DNA of 64,000 bases from an uncultured Clostridia bacterium (lineage in GTDB: Bacteria > Bacillota > Clostridia > TANB77 > CAG-508), in NCBI GenBank assembly GCA_947624195.1, contig CANQJH010000002.1, positions 20,918 to 84,917 of the forward strand. The letters run 5' to 3'. Under the pieces are notes generated by a model, which saw only the letters and a list, made by a program, of their open reading frames with translations, was not told the DNA's origin and did not search any database. Numbering within the stretch: position 1 is the first letter of the stretch; every line of letters starts with the position of its first letter. The position numbers and the translations under genes are program-made. Below, in pieces: positions 46,759 through 55,803 of this stretch.

Positions 46759-46958
46759 AATTAATGCTTACCTCCATTGAATTGATAGTTGATTTGTATC
46801 TACTTCAAAAATCTCTATATCACAACATGCTATGGCAAATGCCACAACATGATTGTAAAAAAATAAATATATATAAAATGTAACTACAATATAATGCTAC
46901 TATCTTCTTAAATAAATGTCAATGAAATAGGAACTTTATTGAAGGAGTTGGAAAATTA

Positions 46959-47318
46959 ATGGAATCTTTAGAAGAAGAAATAATATTTGAACTAAAGAAC
47001 TTTAATTTTAAAAGAAACTCATTAGCGTATGAATATTTGATCGAAGCAATTAAGTTAGTAGTAGAAAATACAATGGTTATAAGAGACTTCAAAAAATATG
47101 TATACAGTCCAGTAGCGAGAAAGTATTTTACTAGACCCAAAAATGTATGTTGGTGCATTAATAAGTTAATTACACTAATGTACTTCAACACAGATACAAC
47201 TATAGTAGAGACGTATTTCAATACATATAAGGATAATAAACCATCATCTAAAGCATTTATAATCGGTGTAGCCAGAAAAATTGAATTAAAAATGAGACAA
47301 ACTAAAAAAGTTTCATAA
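46959..47318 (+). CDS. stand-alone Spo0A C-terminal (DNA-binding) domain protein
   Basis: 119 aa. IIFELKNFNFKRNSLAYEYLIEAIKLVVEN...YSPVARKY...KPSSKAFIIGVARKI aligns by eye with B. subtilis Spo0A-C (GVPAHIKGYLYLREAI...LYPDIAKKF...KPTNSEFIAMVADKL). No receiver domain. Confidence 0.65.
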   Translation: MESLEEEIIFELKNFNFKRNSLAYEYLIEAIKLVVENTMVIRDFKKYVYSPVARKYFTRPKNVCWCINKLITLMYFNTDTTIVETYFNTYKDNKPSSKAFIIGVARKIELKMRQTKKVS

Positions 47319-47474
47319 AATTTTTATTCTCTAAAAGTCTTGCAAATGGACAATTACAAGAATTTAGAAAATAATATAGAAAAAAATGTCAAAAAATTTT
47401 GAAAAAACACTTGACTAACCGTGGAAGAAAATGGTATTATATTGTTTGTAACATTCAAGAAAAGAGGTGAACAA

Positions 47475-47762
47475 ATGAAAAAGCTATATTCAAGCGTAGA
47501 AATCAGCAAAGTGCTAGACGATTTCAAAGAGACCAGAAAGTATTATATCACTAAAGATCGTACTTATGGTTTTGAAATTACTAAAACAGAGAATGATGAT
47601 TTAGTTGAGGAAGATGTATTGGTTATGGATAATTTAATTGATAGCGAAGATGAAGTTAAAGCTTTAATCGACGAATTAATTAAATGCGAAGAAGACTATT
47701 CACAAGCTCAATACATAGTTGAAGATTTTATTAAATCTCAAGCGATTTCTTCTACATTATAA
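47475..47762 (+). CDS. hypothetical acidic protein
   Basis: Start moved to the ATG at 47475 after AGAGGTG. 95 aa. Promoter TTGACT (47411)-18 nt-TATTAT (47435). Confidence 0.5.
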   Translation: MKKLYSSVEISKVLDDFKETRKYYITKDRTYGFEITKTENDDLVEEDVLVMDNLIDSEDEVKALIDELIKCEEDYSQAQYIVEDFIKSQAISSTL

Positions 47763-48042
47763 GTTTTAGGAGCACTAAAGTAAAAAAGAACAAATAAACT
47801 ATAAACATTATAAGATAACATAAGTAAAAGGAAAATTATTTACAATTTAAATGATTTTTTAGAGGACATTTTTTATATGTTCTTTTTTTCTTGCTTATAT
47901 TGATGAAATGTGATAACATTATTAAAGTCAATTGTTATTGAAGACCGTTTGAAAGAAAACATATCTTCATCATAGTTAATAAAAATAAATTTTGGTAATT
48001 ATGTATACTTTAGTAAAAATTGATAAAGGAAAGTAATGTTAG

Positions 48043-48504
48043 ATGGAAAAAGAAATTATATTTATGAAAGAAGCTCTAAAAGAAGCAAGAAAAGCAGAAA
48101 AAATTTTAGAGGTTCCAGTAGGTGCAGTTATAGTAAAAGATAATAAAATTATAGCAAGAGCATATAATCAAAAAGAAACTAAGTATGATACCACAAAACA
48201 TGCAGAAATTATGGCTATACAAAAGGCATCAAAGAAACTAAAATCATGGAGACTCACAGATTGTGAAATGTATGTTACTTTAGAGCCATGCCCTATGTGT
48301 GTAGGAGCCCTTATACAATCAAGAATAAAGAAAGTTTATATCGGCACAATGGATGAAAAAACAGGAGCTTGTGGATCAGTATTTAACTTATTAGAAGATT
48401 ATAAATTTAATCATCATGTACAAGCTACGTATGGAGTTTGCAAAGAAGAGTGTGAAACTATATTAAAAGAATTTTTTAAAAAGTTAAGGGAATTGAAAAA
48501 GTAG
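48043..48504 (+). CDS. tadA: tRNA-specific adenosine-34 deaminase
   Basis: 153 aa. HAEIMAI and PCPMCVGAL zinc motifs. Confidence 0.93.
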   Translation: MEKEIIFMKEALKEARKAEKILEVPVGAVIVKDNKIIARAYNQKETKYDTTKHAEIMAIQKASKKLKSWRLTDCEMYVTLEPCPMCVGALIQSRIKKVYIGTMDEKTGACGSVFNLLEDYKFNHHVQATYGVCKEECETILKEFFKKLRELKK

Positions 48505-48527
48505 AGTAAGTAAGAATTTAAAAATAT

Positions 48528-48620
48528 GGAGATGTACCGAAGCGGTCATAACGGAACTGTCTCGAAAACAGCTAGCTGTTGAAAAATGGCACGTGGGTTC
48601 GAATCCCACCATCTCCGCCA
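48528..48620 (+). tRNA. tRNA-Ser (anticodon CGA)
   Basis: Long variable arm, anticodon loop cTCGAaa, GGTTCGAATCC T-arm, encoded CCA. Confidence 0.9.
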
Positions 48621-48635
48621 AAATTGGAGGCACAT

Positions 48636-49379
48636 ATGAATAAAATAATTAAAGAAAAATTAAAAGAAGCGCTAATACTATTTATAATAGTAATTACATT
48701 CGGATGTATACTACTAATTATGCTAAGATACGAAAATGAAGGCGAGAAAAACATGCCTTTTAACCTTTCTGAGATGTTAGTAATAAGTAGTGTTGATGAA
48801 CTTCAAAAACAAGAAAATCCAAATAATATGAAATGGAATTTAGATATCAATCAGTATAATGATATTTACTTAAAAATCGAAAAAAATCCGAACTTTCAAG
48901 AAAGTGCATATATTGAAAGTATAGTAATAGAAAATATTAATATAAAAACAAATGAAGAAAACCAAGTCAATGTATATATGCCTAATAGTACAGAAGGAAA
49001 ACTATTTTCTTATGAAGATAATTTCATAGTTAATTCAAGGTTAACTTATAATGGAGCTAGCCAAGATAATAACAAGACACTAGAAATAGGAAACCAAGGA
49101 GGAAGAATACTATTTAGAATAGTTAATCAAAGAATCGGAGAATATGTTTCAAATGATGATGGAGAGGTTGCATACGACGGAACATTGTTAAAAACAATAG
49201 GAGTCCCTGAAGAAAAAATAAATATCGATGTAAGTTTTGATTTGGTTATAAAGACTAATTTATCTAACTACAGGGGTAAAGTTAATATTAAATTACCTTG
49301 TGGAGACATCATGGAAGAGGGCATATGCAAATTAGAAAAAACCGATTTCAGTAATGTAGCCTTTAAAAGGGAAAAATAA
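48636..49379 (+). CDS. membrane-anchored hypothetical protein
   Basis: The track ORF starts inside the tRNA, so the start was moved to the ATG at 48636 after GGAGG. N-terminal TM helix ALILFIIVITFGCILLIML. No family recognised. Confidence 0.55.
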   Translation: MNKIIKEKLKEALILFIIVITFGCILLIMLRYENEGEKNMPFNLSEMLVISSVDELQKQENPNNMKWNLDINQYNDIYLKIEKNPNFQESAYIESIVIENINIKTNEENQVNVYMPNSTEGKLFSYEDNFIVNSRLTYNGASQDNNKTLEIGNQGGRILFRIVNQRIGEYVSNDDGEVAYDGTLLKTIGVPEEKINIDVSFDLVIKTNLSNYRGKVNIKLPCGDIMEEGICKLEKTDFSNVAFKREK

Positions 49380-49507
49380 GCTGAATTTTAAGACTAACTT
49401 ATACTATTTAAATAAAAATGAATATTACTTTTAAATTTAAACAGTAAAAATTAAATATTTAAAACAGTGGAAATTAAAGGTCAGTGAAAATTAAATAATT
49501 AAAAAAC

Positions 49508-49536
49508 TTGATAATCTAAAATAAATATTATATAAT
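49508..49536 (+). promoter_or_regulatory. sigma-A promoter of the SRP RNA
   Basis: TTGATA (49508-49513), 17 nt, TATAAT (49531-49536). Confidence 0.6.
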
Positions 49537-49540
49537 GCAA

Positions 49541-49674
49541 ATGGTGTGAGAGTATTTCTTTATTCTAGGGTACTCCAATGAAAGCCTACGAATCTTGTCA
49601 GGTCCGGAAGGAAGCAGCAATAAGTAGATACTTTTGTGTGGAGTTCCTTAGAATAAGGAAATGCATCACGCCAT
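49541..49674 (+). ncRNA. ffs: signal recognition particle RNA (small 4.5S/scRNA type)
   Basis: Contains the conserved domain IV sequence GTCAGGTCCGGAAGGAAGCAGC. The ends atggtgtga / tcacgccat pair. Canonical position upstream of dnaX-ybaB-recR. Confidence 0.8.
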
Positions 49675-49697
49675 TAATTGAATTTTAGGAGGAATTG

Positions 49698-51323
49698 ATG
49701 GAATATACAGCTCTTTATAGAAGATTTAGACCAATGACATTTGACGAGATAGTTGGACAAAATCATATTACTACAACTTTAAAGAATCAAGTAATTGCAG
49801 ATAGAGTTGGACATGCATATTTGTTTACGGGATGTAGAGGTTGCGGGAAGACATCATCTGCTAAAGTTCTAGCAAGAGCAATTAATTGTTTGAATCCTAA
49901 AAACGGTGAGCCTTGTAATGAGTGTAGTGTCTGCAAAGCGGCATTAGATGGCTCTCTTACAGATATAGTAGAAATGGATGCAGCATCTAATAACAGCGTA
50001 GATGATATAAGAGCAATAAGAGATGAAGTTAATTTTCTACCAACAGTTGCGAAATATAGAGTATATATAATAGATGAGGTTCATATGCTTTCAACAGGTG
50101 CATTTAATGCCTTACTAAAAACTTTAGAGGAGCCACCAAAGCATGTTAAATTTATATTAGCAACAACAGAGCCACAAAAGCTACCAGCAACTATACTTTC
50201 GAGATGTCAAAGATTTGACTTTAAGAAAATTCCAGATGAAGATATAGCAAGTAATTTAGAGAAAATATGCAAAGAATGTAATATAGATTATACAGAAGGA
50301 GCAATAAATTTAATTGCAGAGCTTTCAGAAGGAGCAATGAGGGATGCCTTATCAATATTAGAGAGATGTGCACAAGATGGAGAAAGCAAAATTGATGAAG
50401 ACAAAATAAAAGAATTAGTAGGAATTCCTAAAATAGAATATATTTCTGGGTTAGTAGAAAAGATAATAGATTATGATGGAGAAAGTGCGTTAAACATAAC
50501 CAAGGACATAATTAATGAAGGAAAAGACTTGAATAACTTGTTATGGGAAATGATAAAATATATTAGAGATATTTTAATATATTTATCAACAAAAGAACTT
50601 TCTAATATTTACTCAAAAGATGATGTAAAGAAAATAGAAGAACTATCTGCTAAAACTAATAATGAAAGATTATTAAAAATAATCTATTCATTATCAGAAC
50701 TAGAAAATGATATTAAATGGTCATCTCAAAAAAATATAGTTTTCCAAGTAGGAATTCTTAAGCTATGTACAAAGCAGACAATGCCAATAGAAGAAAGAAT
50801 ACAAAAGCTTGAAGAAGCAGTAAAAAATGGAACTATACAACAGGTAAATGTTTCGGCAAAAGAATCCACAACAAGCAAACAAAATGTGGATAAAGTCTCT
50901 GTAAACAAACCAAAAACAGAATCAAAAACGGAACCAAAAACATCATCTGCTACAAGCAATAATGCAAGTAGTTCAGCAAACAAAAGTGCAGGAACTTTAG
51001 CAAATAAGAGTGGAGATTTTTGGCAAAATATTATAAATACTTTAAAAGAGGAAAGGATGCCAATGCTTTATTCAAACTTAGTTAATGCCAAAGGTGTTTT
51101 GCTAGATGATATGACTTTAGGAATTGAGTTTGAAAATGGGCTAAACAGCTTCGGAAGAGGTGTTATCGAAAGACCTGAGAATATGGCTGAACTTAAAAGA
51201 TTAGCGTCTATTGAATTCAAAAAGGACATGAGAATAAAATTAATTGATAAAAAAGCAACTACAACAAAGGAAAATAATAATTCTTTTGATATAGGTATAG
51301 ATGTAAATATGATAGATGGATAA
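49698..51323 (+). CDS. dnaX: DNA polymerase III subunits gamma/tau
   Basis: YRRFRPMTFDEIVGQ, Walker A GCRGCGKTS, zinc module CNECSVC, IIDEVHMLS, SRCQRF. Confidence 0.95.
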   Translation: MEYTALYRRFRPMTFDEIVGQNHITTTLKNQVIADRVGHAYLFTGCRGCGKTSSAKVLARAINCLNPKNGEPCNECSVCKAALDGSLTDIVEMDAASNNSVDDIRAIRDEVNFLPTVAKYRVYIIDEVHMLSTGAFNALLKTLEEPPKHVKFILATTEPQKLPATILSRCQRFDFKKIPDEDIASNLEKICKECNIDYTEGAINLIAELSEGAMRDALSILERCAQDGESKIDEDKIKELVGIPKIEYISGLVEKIIDYDGESALNITKDIINEGKDLNNLLWEMIKYIRDILIYLSTKELSNIYSKDDVKKIEELSAKTNNERLLKIIYSLSELENDIKWSSQKNIVFQVGILKLCTKQTMPIEERIQKLEEAVKNGTIQQVNVSAKESTTSKQNVDKVSVNKPKTESKTEPKTSSATSNNASSSANKSAGTLANKSGDFWQNIINTLKEERMPMLYSNLVNAKGVLLDDMTLGIEFENGLNSFGRGVIERPENMAELKRLASIEFKKDMRIKLIDKKATTTKENNNSFDIGIDVNMIDG

Positions 51324-51338
51324 AAAGGAGGTTTAATT

Positions 51339-51680
51339 ATGGGAAGAGGAGGATTTCCAGGAGGAATGGGAGGATTTGGTGGCATTAATATGAACCAAAT
51401 CATGAAACAAGCAAAAAAGATGCAAGAGGAAATGGAAAAATCACAAGAAAACTTAGCAGGACAGACATTTGAAAGTACAACAGGAGGCGGAGCAGTGTAT
51501 TGCAAAGTTAATGGAGCAAAAGAAGTTTTAGAAATAAAGATAGATAAAGATGTAGTTGACCCAGATGACGTAGAAATGTTGCAAGACCTTATTTTAACTT
51601 GTGTTAATGATGCACTTAAAAAGGTTGATTCTGCAACTAATGCAGAGTTTGGCAAATACAATATACCAGGACTAAGCTAA
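51339..51680 (+). CDS. ybaB: nucleoid-associated protein YbaB/EbfC
   Basis: 113 aa. Gly-rich N-terminus, [25 protein letters not shown]. Lies between dnaX and recR. Confidence 0.9.
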   Translation: MGRGGFPGGMGGFGGINMNQIMKQAKKMQEEMEKSQENLAGQTFESTTGGGAVYCKVNGAKEVLEIKIDKDVVDPDDVEMLQDLILTCVNDALKKVDSATNAEFGKYNIPGLS

Positions 51681-51711
51681 AACAAGTATTTTACTATACA
51701 AGGAGAAACAT

Positions 51712-52311
51712 ATGTCGTACTATTCACCATCAATAGAAAAGCTAATAGAAAGCTTTGAAAAGCTTCCAAGCATAGGAAACAAAACAGCTATTAGGCTAGC
51801 TTTTTATATGCTTAATGCTAGCAAAGAAGAAACAGATAATTTTATAAAAAGTATACAAGATGCAAAAAACAATCTGAAATTTTGTTCAAAATGCTATAAT
51901 ATATCAGACACAGACCCATGTGAAATATGCCAAGACGCCAAAAGAGACACTACCAAGATATGTGTTGTAGAAGATGTAAAAGATGTAGTAGCAATTGAAA
52001 AGATTCACGAATATAAAGGTTTGTATCACGTTTTGCATGGCTCAATATCACCAATGGACGGAATTGGACCAGATGATATAAAAATAAAAGAATTGCTAGC
52101 AAGATTGATGGACGGAACAGTAAAAGAAGTAATTTTAGCAACAAATCCTAAAGTAGAGGGAGAGGCAACTGCAATGTATATATCTAAACTAATAAAGCCA
52201 ATGGGAATAAAGACAACTAGACTAGCACATGGCATTCCAGTAGGAGGAGATTTAGAATATACTGATGAATTTACTTTAGGAAAAGCTTTCGAAGGAAGAA
52301 CAGAATTATAA
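51712..52311 (+). CDS. recR: recombination protein RecR
   Basis: 199 aa. [15 protein letters not shown] (HhH), C4 zinc finger [16 protein letters not shown], Toprim VVEDVKDV. Confidence 0.95.
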   Translation: MSYYSPSIEKLIESFEKLPSIGNKTAIRLAFYMLNASKEETDNFIKSIQDAKNNLKFCSKCYNISDTDPCEICQDAKRDTTKICVVEDVKDVVAIEKIHEYKGLYHVLHGSISPMDGIGPDDIKIKELLARLMDGTVKEVILATNPKVEGEATAMYISKLIKPMGIKTTRLAHGIPVGGDLEYTDEFTLGKAFEGRTEL

Positions 52312-52318
52312 ATTATAA

Positions 52319-52470
52319 AAAACATAAATATAGTTATTTTTGAGTAAGCCGCGTAGCGACCAACCGGAGCTGTAGCGAAGGGCGAATGAAGCAAATTACA
52401 TACAAGTGCCTTTATGGCATTATGGAATTTGCGACAACAAGGCACGAAAAAATAACTATATTTATGTTTT
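52319..52470. repeat. 23-bp perfect inverted repeats enclosing a GC-rich 106-nt core
   Basis: aaaacataaatatagttattttt (52319-52341) is the exact reverse complement of aaaaataactatatttatgtttt (52448-52470). The core 52342-52447 contains gtagcga twice and an inner helix gtgcctt / aaggcac. Confidence 0.8.
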
Positions 52471-52556
52471 ATTAATTATATTTTTGTTTCTCATAATGAA
52501 TATTTTAGTAAATTTAGTAAAAAATACTAAAAACTAAAAATGCGAAAGGATTTATT

Positions 52557-53948
52557 ATGTGGAATATAAAAGAAAAAATATATGATTGGAAAGATAGACT
52601 AAGAAGCGGTAAAATGCTAACCTTAGTTAGTACTTTAGTAATTATCATTATTGCACTTGGAATTTATGCTTATAGAAAGTCAATAGATTATCAGCGATTA
52701 GCAGAAAATAGTTATAATCATGCTTTTTATCAACTAATAGAGTATATGGATGATACAGAGAAATTACTTGCAAAATCTACAATTTCATATAGTAGCGAAC
52801 ATGCTACAGAAACTTTTTCAAATATAAATAAAGAAACAGCATTAGCGCAAGCTTACTTATCAAGACTTCCAATTGAAACTCAAGAATTAGAAAATACCCA
52901 AAAATTCTTACACCAAGTCGGAGATTATTGCTATACACTTTCTAAAAAAACTGTAAAAGGGGAAGAATTATCACAAGAGGAATTGGACAATCTTACTCAG
53001 TTACATCAATACAGTGTTAATCTAAGGAATGTCCTATATCAGCTAGAGGAAGACCTTTACTCATCAACTATAAGATGGGGAGACCTAGAAGATGTAGGTT
53101 CCAGAGTATTTTCTCGTGAAGATGAAACTTTAACTCAAAGTAGTTTTTCAAATATTGAAGATGAGCTTCACCAATATTCTGGACTAATCTATGATGGAGC
53201 TTATTCAGAGGGATTGGACAATACAGAAATGAAGGGACTTACTGGAGAAGACATCAATCAAGAAAAGGCTGAATCTATTGCAAGAGAGTTTATAGGAAAT
53301 GACAAAATTGAAGGCATTAATTTTACGGAAGAATCACAAAATGCTAATATCCAATGCTATAATTTTAATGTAAATACAAAAAATGAAGACGAAAATTATT
53401 CTATAAGTGTGTCAAAAAAGGGTGGACATGTAGTGTCAATGAACTGTGATAGACAGGTTGGAGATGAAGCAATAAGCCCAGAAGATGCAGTAAATAAAGG
53501 CAAAGAATTTTTACAAAATAGAGAATACAAAAATATGAAAGAGACGTATTATATGAAAGAAAATGGCATATTAACTGTTAATTATGCCTATATGCAAGAT
53601 AATGTCATAATGTACCCTGATTTAATCAAAATAAAGATAGCGCTAGATAACGGAGAAATCTTAGGTCTAGAATCAACTAGATATTTAAATTGTCACCAAG
53701 ATAATAGGGAATTATCAGATGTAAAAATAACTGAGGAAAAAGCAAAAGAATTAATTAACCCAAAACTTGAAATAACAGGAACAAACCTAGCCATAATCCC
53801 AACTGAGTGGAATACAGAAATAATGTGTTGGGAGATAACCGGTAAGACGGAAGAAAATGATTTCCTAGTTTATATAAATGTTGAAACAGGAGAAGAAGAA
53901 GATATTTTGATGATAGTAAATACACCTAACGGAACTCTAACAACTTAA
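52557..53948 (+). CDS. ypeB: germination protein YpeB
   Basis: 463 aa. N-terminal TM anchor, YQRLAENSYNHAFYQLIEYMDD, two C-terminal PepSY-like segments. Confidence 0.75.
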   Translation: MWNIKEKIYDWKDRLRSGKMLTLVSTLVIIIIALGIYAYRKSIDYQRLAENSYNHAFYQLIEYMDDTEKLLAKSTISYSSEHATETFSNINKETALAQAYLSRLPIETQELENTQKFLHQVGDYCYTLSKKTVKGEELSQEELDNLTQLHQYSVNLRNVLYQLEEDLYSSTIRWGDLEDVGSRVFSREDETLTQSSFSNIEDELHQYSGLIYDGAYSEGLDNTEMKGLTGEDINQEKAESIAREFIGNDKIEGINFTEESQNANIQCYNFNVNTKNEDENYSISVSKKGGHVVSMNCDRQVGDEAISPEDAVNKGKEFLQNREYKNMKETYYMKENGILTVNYAYMQDNVIMYPDLIKIKIALDNGEILGLESTRYLNCHQDNRELSDVKITEEKAKELINPKLEITGTNLAIIPTEWNTEIMCWEITGKTEENDFLVYINVETGEEEDILMIVNTPNGTLTT

Positions 53949-53965
53949 GGAAGGAGTAGTATTAA

Positions 53966-54138
53966 ATGAATCACAAAATATCTAAAGAGTTATCTAAACA
54001 TAGACTAGAGCAAGCAATATTAGAGAAGATAGTGACTATGATGATGAATTTGTTGTAAATAGTAACAAGACAAAAGAGCAACTTGAAACAGCTCAAGAAT
54101 TGTTAAAACTTGTTGAAGAATTCTTAAAATTAGAATAA
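53966..54138 (+). pseudogene. internally deleted HEPN-domain gene remnant
   Basis: Frame 1 gives MNHKISKELSKHRLEQA..., a HEPN-like N-terminus, and stops at 54058. Another frame gives IREDSDYDDEFVVNSNKTKEQLETAQELLKLVEEFLKLE, the typical HEPN C-terminus, ending at 54138. The middle of the domain is missing. Confidence 0.4.
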
Positions 54139-54148
54139 AAAGAAAAAT

Positions 54149-54191
54149 AAAAGCTATGTATTTTAGGTGAATCTAGAATACATAGCTTTTT
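54149..54191 (+). terminator. intrinsic terminator
   Basis: 14-bp stem aaaagctatgtatt / aatacatagctttt running into a T-run. Confidence 0.6.
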
Positions 54192-54268
54192 CTTACAATT
54201 AATTACTTGTAAAATCATAATCAATAGCATATAATAGAACAAAATAAAGCCGAAAGGAAATTGGCAAA

Positions 54269-55729
54269 ATGAAAATAAGAGATATATTAGAAATAACAAA
54301 TGGAAAATTGTTATGTGGAGATGAAAACATAGAAGTTGACAGCTTTGTGAGGGATACAAGGCAAATAAAAACAGGAGATGTATTTGTTGCTATAAAAGGT
54401 GAAAGCTTTAATGGAAATGAATTTTATAATGAGGCAATAGAAAATGGTGCCAAAGCTTGCATTGTAAGTGAAGAGCCGAAAGAAAAACTTGGAAATACTA
54501 TTCTCGTAGAGGATACAGTGCTTGCAATTCAAAAGCTTGCTACATATAAAAGAGACCTATATGACATACCAGTTGTAGCTGTTACAGGTAGCGTAGGGAA
54601 AACAAGCACGAAAGATATAATTGCATCAGTTATGTCAAAAAAATATAAAGTTTTGAAAACTCCAGGAAATCTAAACAATTATATAGGACTTCCATTTACA
54701 ATATTGAGTTTAAAAGATGAAGAAGCAATGGTAATTGAAATGGGTATGAACCATTTTGGTGAAATTAGTCTACTTACACAAATAGCACAGCCTACCGTAG
54801 CAGTTATAACTAATATAGGAACAGCTCATATAGGCAATTTAGGCTCAAGAGAAAATATTTTAAAAGCTAAATTAGAGATACTAGAAGGTTTAAAAGGCAA
54901 TACAGTAGTAATAAATAACGATAACGATTTATTAAGTTCATGGGCAAAAAAAGTAGGCTTTTCTACAAGCAAAAAAGAGAATCAATGTAACATGGCTACT
55001 AGTGAAACTGATAATATTGCAAACAGTGAAGTAAATAATACTGCAAACCAATATAACCCAGATACTAGTGAAGTAAATAACACTGCAAACAAGTATAACA
55101 TAATTACATACGGAATAGACAATAAAGACAGCAAATATGTTCCAAAAGATATAAAACTATATGAAGATAAAAGCACATTTTACATAGGTGATGAACTTAT
55201 TACAGTTCCAGTTGCAGGAGAACATTTTATACTAAATGCTTTATGTGCAATAGCAGTTGGAAGATACTATGACATTTCTATGAAGGATATCAAACAAGGA
55301 ATTTTAGACCTAGAATTATCTAAAAATAGAATGGAAATCATTAATCTTAAGTCAGGAGTAATGCTTATAAATGATACATATAACGCAAATTACGACTCAA
55401 TGAAAGCAGGAATAGAGTATTTACAAAACATACAAGATAGAAGAAAGATTGCCGTATTGGGTGATATGTTGGAGCTTGGAGAATATTCAGAGCAACTTCA
55501 TAGAAAAATTGGTGATATTATTAGTAATGTTGACATATTAATAACAGTAGGAACCCTTGCAAAATTTATAAATCAAAATGCTAAAGTTTCAAATAAATTT
55601 CATTGTAACAGTAATGAAGAAGCATATCTTAAACTAAAAGAAATACTTACACCACAAGATGCAATACTCGTTAAAGCTTCGAATTCAATGAAATTTGGAG
55701 ATATTGTAGAAAGATTAAAAAACGAATAA
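54269..55729 (+). CDS. murF: UDP-MurNAc-tripeptide--D-Ala-D-Ala ligase with a low-complexity insertion
   Basis: 486 aa. VAVTGSVGKTSTK P-loop, MNHFGEI, NDTYNANYDSM. Insert at about residues 233-275 has a 33-nt repeat (55025-55057 / 55067-55099). Confidence 0.9.
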   Translation: MKIRDILEITNGKLLCGDENIEVDSFVRDTRQIKTGDVFVAIKGESFNGNEFYNEAIENGAKACIVSEEPKEKLGNTILVEDTVLAIQKLATYKRDLYDIPVVAVTGSVGKTSTKDIIASVMSKKYKVLKTPGNLNNYIGLPFTILSLKDEEAMVIEMGMNHFGEISLLTQIAQPTVAVITNIGTAHIGNLGSRENILKAKLEILEGLKGNTVVINNDNDLLSSWAKKVGFSTSKKENQCNMATSETDNIANSEVNNTANQYNPDTSEVNNTANKYNIITYGIDNKDSKYVPKDIKLYEDKSTFYIGDELITVPVAGEHFILNALCAIAVGRYYDISMKDIKQGILDLELSKNRMEIINLKSGVMLINDTYNANYDSMKAGIEYLQNIQDRRKIAVLGDMLELGEYSEQLHRKIGDIISNVDILITVGTLAKFINQNAKVSNKFHCNSNEEAYLKLKEILTPQDAILVKASNSMKFGDIVERLKNE

Positions 55730-55803
55730 AATCGGTATAGAAGGGGAAATGTAGACAACTTGAAATGACAAATAAAAATCAGCGGAGAAAGGAAAATGAC
55801 AAA

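Noticed and set aside
42382-46800. tRNA-Arg as the attachment site of an intact genomic island or prophage.
   Set aside because: No integrase or recombinase ORF is present. By eye I found no direct repeat of the tRNA 3' end at the far edges of the GC-rich segments (about 44.9 kb and 46.8 kb). I kept this only as an HGT islet.
48579-48635. The track start of ORF 48579-49379, and N-terminal extensions of dnaA (18567), gyrB (14446), virB4 (11696), jag (20607), soj (25810), ddl (55765) and others.
   Set aside because: The extensions overlap a tRNA or the gene's own SD, or add non-conserved residues. An internal ATG or GTG with a proper SD and a canonical protein N-terminus was chosen instead.
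51068-52445. Minus-strand ORFs of 197 aa (51068-51661) and 139 aa (52026-52445). A similar 222-aa ORF lies at 57636-58304.
   Set aside because: They are antisense to well-supported dnaX/ybaB, recR and the cbpA-like gene. They are low-complexity, lack RBSs, and are typical shadow ORFs of AT-rich genomes.
52319-52470. Retron msr/msd locus (inverted repeats a1/a2 flanking a structured core).
   Set aside because: There is no reverse transcriptase ORF downstream or anywhere in the window; the next gene is ypeB.
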